Assembly (NCBI GenBank): GCA_050010515.1
Contig: JBEKKX010000002.1
Span: 37,176-101,175, forward strand
Origin: Candidatus Bathyarchaeia archaeon
GTDB lineage: Archaea > Thermoproteota > Bathyarchaeia > Bathyarchaeales > Bathycorpusculaceae
Reading direction: 5' to 3'
Length of the DNA: 64,000 nucleotides
The notes beneath the pieces were generated by a model. The model saw only the letters and a list, made by a program, of their open reading frames with translations, was not told the DNA's origin and did no database searches. How positions within the stretch are numbered: the stretch's first letter is position 1; each line of letters starts with the position of its first letter. Below are positions 58,820-64,000 of the stretch, piece by piece. The translations under genes and the position numbers were made by a program.

Positions 58820-59197
58820 GTGGTAATAAATTTGGGAAGCATATGGTTAGGCGCCTTCGTAGGATTCTTGGTAACTGTGGTTATTGCTTTTCTCTTTCCC
58901 GGAGTCGGTCACTTGGTGGGCGGGTTCATGGGCGGCTTAGTTGCTGGACTCGTAGCTCGAGGCGTTGGCAAAGGATTAATTGCTGGTTTTCTCGCAGGAA
59001 TATTCGGCGGCATCATAATAGCAATTCTAGCTTTCTTAAAGCTAGCAATCATCGGAGGAATCCACGGGGGACTTTCAGGCGCATTATTCGGGGGTCTAGC
59101 TGGTTTAGCAGTAGGCGTAGTAGCGATAATACTAGCGATATTTGCAGGTATAATTGCAGCTGTCGGCGGCTTAATAGGCGGAGCAATCACACGATAA
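58820..59197 (+). CDS. Gly-rich membrane protein (DUF5518-like)
   Basis: Repeated GxxxG hydrophobic helices. Confidence 0.75.
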   Translation: MVINLGSIWLGAFVGFLVTVVIAFLFPGVGHLVGGFMGGLVAGLVARGVGKGLIAGFLAGIFGGIIIAILAFLKLAIIGGIHGGLSGALFGGLAGLAVGVVAIILAIFAGIIAAVGGLIGGAITR

Positions 59198-59228
59198 AAC
59201 TTTTTTTTATTAATCCTTACAAAAGTCG

Positions 59229-59291
59229 GAAGGAGGGATAGGGTATCAATTTTGCTAGTGAATTTCTCTAGCTAAATTGAGGTAGAGAAGG
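59229..59291. repeat. dispersed ~63-bp hairpin repeat, copy B
   Basis: Matches 48140-48203; TCAATTTTGCTAG/CTAGCTAAATTGA inverted repeat. Confidence 0.85.
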
Positions 59292-59376
59292 GGGACTATT
59301 TCCTTAGATTTTAAGTACAAAAAAAGAGAATACCACGGGATTAGCATCTCCTCAAACAAGCCTTTACCAGCTTTCT

Positions 59377-60921
59377 TTATCTGTCCAACATGAAGGATTT
59401 CTCGTGCGAAAGCTTTTCAGGCACCTGATCCAAAATCATCTTTTCCGCAGGCTTCTTAGTTAACACAACAGGCGACAATTGCCCAGCAAGCTCCAGCGCC
59501 GAAGCTAACTTGCTGCTTCGTTCAGCATACACTTCAAACAAGACGCTGTCTTTATGGACAGTTTCACCTAGTTTCGCATTTAGCACAATGCCGGCGCCCT
59601 TCTCTTTGGGTGCTCCCGCTTCCCTTGCAATCCGCACAATGTCCTCTGTACTGAGCCATATGACTTTGCCAGCGTGTTCAGACCGCACTTCAGCCATTTC
59701 AGCCCCGACAGGTAACTCATCAGGCTTAACCGCTGGGTTTCCACCTTGAGCCTCAATGATTTCCCGCATCTTCTTTTCAGCTTTGCCAGAATCAAGCATA
59801 TCCTCAGCTTTGGCTAACCCGTTTTCAACTCCAACCATCTCAAAAAGCATACCTGCAAGACTAACGGCCTTATCCCTCAAGTCAGGCGGCCCACCGCCCA
59901 TCAAAGTCGTTAACGCTTCGCGTGCTTCAAGGGCAGGTCCGATGCCGCAGCCTAAAGGTTGATCTCCAAAAGTCAAAGCACATTGAATGTTTAAGCCTAA
60001 ACGTTTGCCTAAATCCACAAAATCAGAAGCTAAAGTGTACGCTTCGGTTCTGGTCTTAATTTTAGCACCCATACCTGTAGGAATGTCAATGGCGACGTGT
60101 GTGGCTCCGATGGCTTTTTTCTTGCTAAGAATGGAAGGCAAAAGCATAGGGTCAATTCCCAATGGGTATTCAGCTTGAATGAAAAGGTCATCGGCTGGTG
60201 CAAGCTCCAACGCGCCGCCCCAAACTAAGCACCCATTGGTTTTCGTTACAACTTCTTTTATCTCGTTGATGGATAGGTTTACTGGGCAGAGGGTTTCCAC
60301 TCGGTCTGCTGTTCCGGCAGGCGAAGTAATTGCCCGTGAGGATGTTTTGGGAATAGTGAATCCTGCAGCTGCCACAATGGGCACGACCAGCATGGAAGTT
60401 TTGTCGCCCGGTATTCCGCCTACACTATGCTTATCCAGTATTGGTCCTTCGCCGAAGCTAAGTGTTTTTCCCGTTGCTACCATCGCCCATGATAGTGCCT
60501 CATTCTCACTTGTGCTTAAACCGTGAATGCTAAGGGCAGTTAAGAAAGCGGCTATTTCAGCCGTGCTCAAGTGCCTTTCAACAACATCTTTTACAATATT
60601 CATGATGTCGCTCTCTCGCAAACGTTCCCCATGCAGTTTAGCCCTAACGTTAAACAGTGATTCAGGAAGCGGAGCCAACTGCACTGAAACTGTTTCATCT
60701 TCCTTTACCCCAAGTGCTTTAGTGGTTTCCTCGTAGAGTCCAATGCGCTTTTGGGGAAAATTTTCCGCTATATTTGCGATAGCAATCATTTCTTGGTTGC
60801 CACATGTTATTCTTATTCTGTCTGAACTATGCACGTCTAATTGGTTCGCGCTTTCTTCGCTAAGTATGGCAATTCTGCTTCCGCCTGTGGTGATGTTTAA
60901 GACTTCAACTATTAGCTCCAT
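59377..60921 (-). CDS. deoA: AMP phosphorylase
   Basis: DKHSVGGIPGDKT, PKTSSRAITSPAGTAD, SILSKK, GIGPALEA; N-terminal extra domain. Confidence 0.95.
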   Translation of the reverse strand: MELIVEVLNITTGGSRIAILSEESANQLDVHSSDRIRITCGNQEMIAIANIAENFPQKRIGLYEETTKALGVKEDETVSVQLAPLPESLFNVRAKLHGERLRESDIMNIVKDVVERHLSTAEIAAFLTALSIHGLSTSENEALSWAMVATGKTLSFGEGPILDKHSVGGIPGDKTSMLVVPIVAAAGFTIPKTSSRAITSPAGTADRVETLCPVNLSINEIKEVVTKTNGCLVWGGALELAPADDLFIQAEYPLGIDPMLLPSILSKKKAIGATHVAIDIPTGMGAKIKTRTEAYTLASDFVDLGKRLGLNIQCALTFGDQPLGCGIGPALEAREALTTLMGGGPPDLRDKAVSLAGMLFEMVGVENGLAKAEDMLDSGKAEKKMREIIEAQGGNPAVKPDELPVGAEMAEVRSEHAGKVIWLSTEDIVRIAREAGAPKEKGAGIVLNAKLGETVHKDSVLFEVYAERSSKLASALELAGQLSPVVLTKKPAEKMILDQVPEKLSHEKSFMLDR

Positions 60922-61008
60922 TTTGAACCCCGTCAACTATTGATTAGATTTAGGAATAGTTAAAGATTTTAAGGAAAAACCAGTCACACTAACCCTGAGA
61001 GGAACAAT

Positions 61009-62232
61009 TTGAAGTACCTTGACTTTGTGGATTTAACTTACGTGCCGAAAGAAACCGATTTAACCTGCACTTTTTATTTGGAGCCCGAGGGCATCAGCCT
61101 CAAAGAAGCCGCAGGCGGCGTTGCCGCGGAAAGCTCTGTTGGCACATGGACAGAACTCACAACAGAGCAGCCATACGTGACTCGGCTGGCAGCCCACGTT
61201 TTTAGCATAGAAGGCAACGTAGTGAAAATCGCTTACCCGATTGAACTCTTTGAGCCAGCCAACATGCCTAACATTCTAAGCAGCGTTGCTGGAAACGTTT
61301 TCGGGCTTAAAGCACTCAAAAACCTGCGCCTCCTCGACATTCAAATGCCCAAAAGCTTAATCAACAGTTTCAAAGGCCCAAACTATGGCATAGCTGGAAT
61401 TCGCAGCCTCCTAAAAGTTCCAGAGCGCCCGTTTGTCGGCACAATAATCAAGCCTAAACTCGGATTAAAAACTAAAGACCACGCCAAAGTAGCTTACGAA
61501 GCTTGGAGCGGCGGCTGCGACATCGTTAAAGATGACGAAAACCTAAGCAGCCAAAAATTCAACCCCTTCGAAAACCGCCTTTCGCAGACTCTAGAGAGCC
61601 GAGACAAAGCGCAACAGGAAACGGGTGAACGCAAAGTTTACATGGTTAACATCACCGCTGAAACCGACATCATGCTAAAACGCGCAGAAGCCGTCATCGC
61701 TCAAGGCGGAGAATACGTCATGGTAGACATCTTAACTGCTGGCTGGTCGGCGCTTCAAACCCTGCGCAACCAAAACTACAAACTCGTCATACACGCACAC
61801 AGGGCAGGGCACGCTGCTTTCACTAAAAACCCAAAACACGGCATAGCAATGCGTCCCATAGCAACAGTTGCAAGAGTAATCGGCGTTGACCAACTCCACG
61901 TCGGTACCGTCGTGGGCAAAATGTCTGAAACTAAAGCTGAAGTGCTCGAAAACATCAACGCCTGCAAAGCTCCGCTGGACGGGTTAAAGCCTGTTTTGCC
62001 TGTTGCTTCAGGCGGATTGCACCCACGGCTGGTGCCTGCTTTACTTGAAACGTTCGGCAACGATGTTGTCATTCAAGCTGGCGGCGGAATCCACGGGCAC
62101 CCAGATGGAACAGTAGCAGGTGCAAAAGCAATGCGACAAGCCGTTGACGCCACATTGAACGGGCAATCCTTGGAAGAGTACGCTAAAACACACAGGGAAC
62201 TTAAAACTGCATTGGAGCTATGGAAAGCCTAA
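61009..62232 (+). CDS. rbcL: form III RuBisCO large subunit
   Basis: AAESSVGTWT, GTIIKPKLG, GGCDIVKDDEN, HAHRAGHAA, PVASGG, GGGIHGHP. Confidence 0.96.
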   Translation: MKYLDFVDLTYVPKETDLTCTFYLEPEGISLKEAAGGVAAESSVGTWTELTTEQPYVTRLAAHVFSIEGNVVKIAYPIELFEPANMPNILSSVAGNVFGLKALKNLRLLDIQMPKSLINSFKGPNYGIAGIRSLLKVPERPFVGTIIKPKLGLKTKDHAKVAYEAWSGGCDIVKDDENLSSQKFNPFENRLSQTLESRDKAQQETGERKVYMVNITAETDIMLKRAEAVIAQGGEYVMVDILTAGWSALQTLRNQNYKLVIHAHRAGHAAFTKNPKHGIAMRPIATVARVIGVDQLHVGTVVGKMSETKAEVLENINACKAPLDGLKPVLPVASGGLHPRLVPALLETFGNDVVIQAGGGIHGHPDGTVAGAKAMRQAVDATLNGQSLEEYAKTHRELKTALELWKA

Positions 62233-63155
62233 GTGCACTTAAGAACCCACGGGTACATTCGACGCACCGCTTCAACTATTGATTGAGGAGCGATTATTCC
62301 TTCTTCACAGATTAACCCATGAATGTAGCGACTTGGGGTAACGTCAAAAGCTGGGTTCCGCACAGACAGTTTCTCGGGCGCCTCCTTCCAGACTTCGCTT
62401 GGGTTTCGCTGCTCAATGCGTTCATATGCTCCGTAAACCGTTTCTGGGTCAAACTTTAACAGTTCTGAAACAACATAGAATGGCTTTCTAGCCTCGTTAG
62501 CCAACACCGCTATGCTGCTAGTACCCACCTTGTTAACCACATTGCCCTCAGAAGTGATGGCGTCTGCTCCCACAACTACAAGGTCAACATCTCCCATATA
62601 GGACCGTGCGGCTGAATCAACAATAAACAAAGTCTGAACACCAAGCTCAACCATTTCCCGAGCGGTTATTCTCCCTTGGAAGGCAGGTCGCGTTTCAGTG
62701 CAGATAACGCTAAAACTTTTGCCGTCCGCTTTGGCTTTGGCAATCATACGTGTCACTGTTGACGAGTGGCAATGCGTAAAAATCAACATGCCATCACGGA
62801 TTCGCCTGGCCCCTAATTCTGCCGTGAGTTCTCTGGAAGCTTCAAGATTCTGCAAAAACAAACTTACGTTTGAAACAACCATCTCGCTTAGAACATCAAC
62901 CTTTTCAGTGTTGCTGTCTTCGGTCTGAGTAATTATCCAGCGGATGGCATTTCTCATTAAGGGCTCAGTTTCTCTTGACGCAAAAAACACTGCTTGCGCT
63001 TCTTTGAGCTCATTTAAGAACGCTGTTTTGTTTTTAGCTTTTGTCTGCTCTGCTAACGTTTGGAGGGCTTTTATGGCGGCTATTGCCACGTTTCTTGCAC
63101 CTTGAACTTCAAGTCTTCTTATCTTTTCAGCTGTCATGCGAACTGTTTCGGTCAT
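62229..63155 (-). CDS. ribose-1,5-bisphosphate isomerase
   Basis: VQGA, RETEP, THCHSSTV, ETRP, GADAI..NKVGT, NPAFDVTP. Confidence 0.93.
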   Translation of the reverse strand: MTETVRMTAEKIRRLEVQGARNVAIAAIKALQTLAEQTKAKNKTAFLNELKEAQAVFFASRETEPLMRNAIRWIITQTEDSNTEKVDVLSEMVVSNVSLFLQNLEASRELTAELGARRIRDGMLIFTHCHSSTVTRMIAKAKADGKSFSVICTETRPAFQGRITAREMVELGVQTLFIVDSAARSYMGDVDLVVVGADAITSEGNVVNKVGTSSIAVLANEARKPFYVVSELLKFDPETVYGAYERIEQRNPSEVWKEAPEKLSVRNPAFDVTPSRYIHGLICEEGIIAPQSIVEAVRRMYPWVLKCT

Positions 63156-63426
63156 AATTTTTCAGCCTCTAAATGGCAAAGGTTTTGACTGTTTTATTTA
63201 TTCAAAGAGAAGCATATAAGCAAATTCATAACAAATTGTAGCTAGTGAGCGCTATGCTTTCAACTTTTTGAGGTTGTAACTGGCAAAGGCGTGAAAATGC
63301 TTCGAGAACTTAAACGCTGCAAATGGGGCAAGCTGATATGATATCGGCGATTTAATAGAGGCAGCGGGAAAAAATATTCCTTAGGTTCGGAAGATAAAAT
63401 GTTTTAACGCTTTTAAAGCATAGGCT

Positions 63427-63813
63427 TTACAGGATGTTTTTAGGATGGCTAATGAGATGTCGGAAATATTTTTCCACTGGAGTATGCACGTAAACAGCGC
63501 CAATTATGATGATTATGCCAATTATAATTAGTATAATGGCTACGTCTTGACCTGATGCTATGAAACGACTACTTAAAACTAGTATAGCGAAAACGCCTAC
63601 TATAATCAGTATTAAACCGCCGATTAGAAAGTTGACGAAGCCATATTGGTTTTTCTCTTTAATTTCGGCGTTCGCTGGATTCTCATGTTTTTCCTGTTCC
63701 TCGCTCTCGGGTGCTGCTTGACTTGGTGTTGTGACTTTTAGTGCTGTCCCACATTTTGGGCAGAAAGCCATTGTCTCGTCAACGGTACTGCCGCATTTCG
63801 GACAATATGGCAT
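63427..63813 (-). CDS. zinc-ribbon membrane protein
   Basis: MPYCPKCG...FCPKCG plus two TM helices. Confidence 0.85.
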   Translation of the reverse strand: MPYCPKCGSTVDETMAFCPKCGTALKVTTPSQAAPESEEQEKHENPANAEIKEKNQYGFVNFLIGGLILIIVGVFAILVLSSRFIASGQDVAIILIIIGIIIIIGAVYVHTPVEKYFRHLISHPKNIL

Positions 63814-63880
63814 GCGAATTCTCCTAGCTTTACCTGTTATCATCTCAGAGTATTTAAAACATGCACTTATTTGCTTAAAG

Positions 63881-64000
63881 TGTTCTATCTAGAAAATGCC
63901 TTACACTCTCGCGTCTTAATACTACCGTAAGAGTGGAAAGGGCTTGGATAGAGATTTAGATCAGCTGAAAGCGTGGATTATAAAGAAGAGGCTGCAGGGT
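63881..64000 (+). mobile_element. possible left end of an IS481-like element (partial)
   Basis: TGTTCTATCTAGAAAATGCCTTACAC resembles a TGT-initiated TIR; TTG 63944 opens MDRDLDQLKAWIIKKRLQG at the window edge. Confidence 0.35.

Noticed and set aside
61009-62232. Calvin-cycle carbon fixation locus
   Set aside because: Form III-type enzyme flanked by AMP phosphorylase and R15P isomerase; no small subunit or phosphoribulokinase in the window.

Overview
Archaeal chromosomal window, most consistent with Bathyarchaeia (TACK). This is inferred from TFE-beta, a histone, CDC48, Kae1/Bud32, form III RuBisCO and Bathyarchaeia-style integrase fragments. The backbone is housekeeping: EF-1beta, CDC48, Pth2, TruD, proteasome beta, NadC, RlmE, KEOPS genes, a his operon, tRNA-Val(UAC), initiator tRNA-Met and a complete AMP phosphorylase/R15P isomerase/RuBisCO cluster. 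The most notable accessory feature is a 5130-bp tRNA-independent tyrosine-recombinase element (16244-21379). Its ends reconstruct a symmetric attP (6-bp overlap AAATAT, inverted core arms, inverted 17-bp outer arms), and circularisation would create a 50-aa ORF ending on the integrase start codon. It also carries a ~950-bp cis-acting region with iteron-like repeats, palindromes and G-quadruplex motifs. Other unannotated signals are a box C/D guide RNA, two adjacent toxin-antitoxin pairs whose toxins both carry single-base lesions, ACG codons at two expected start sites, a His49-substituted histone between integrase relics, a tandem ferredoxin-MvhD protein fused into an nfnAB operon, and a dispersed 63-bp hairpin repeat.
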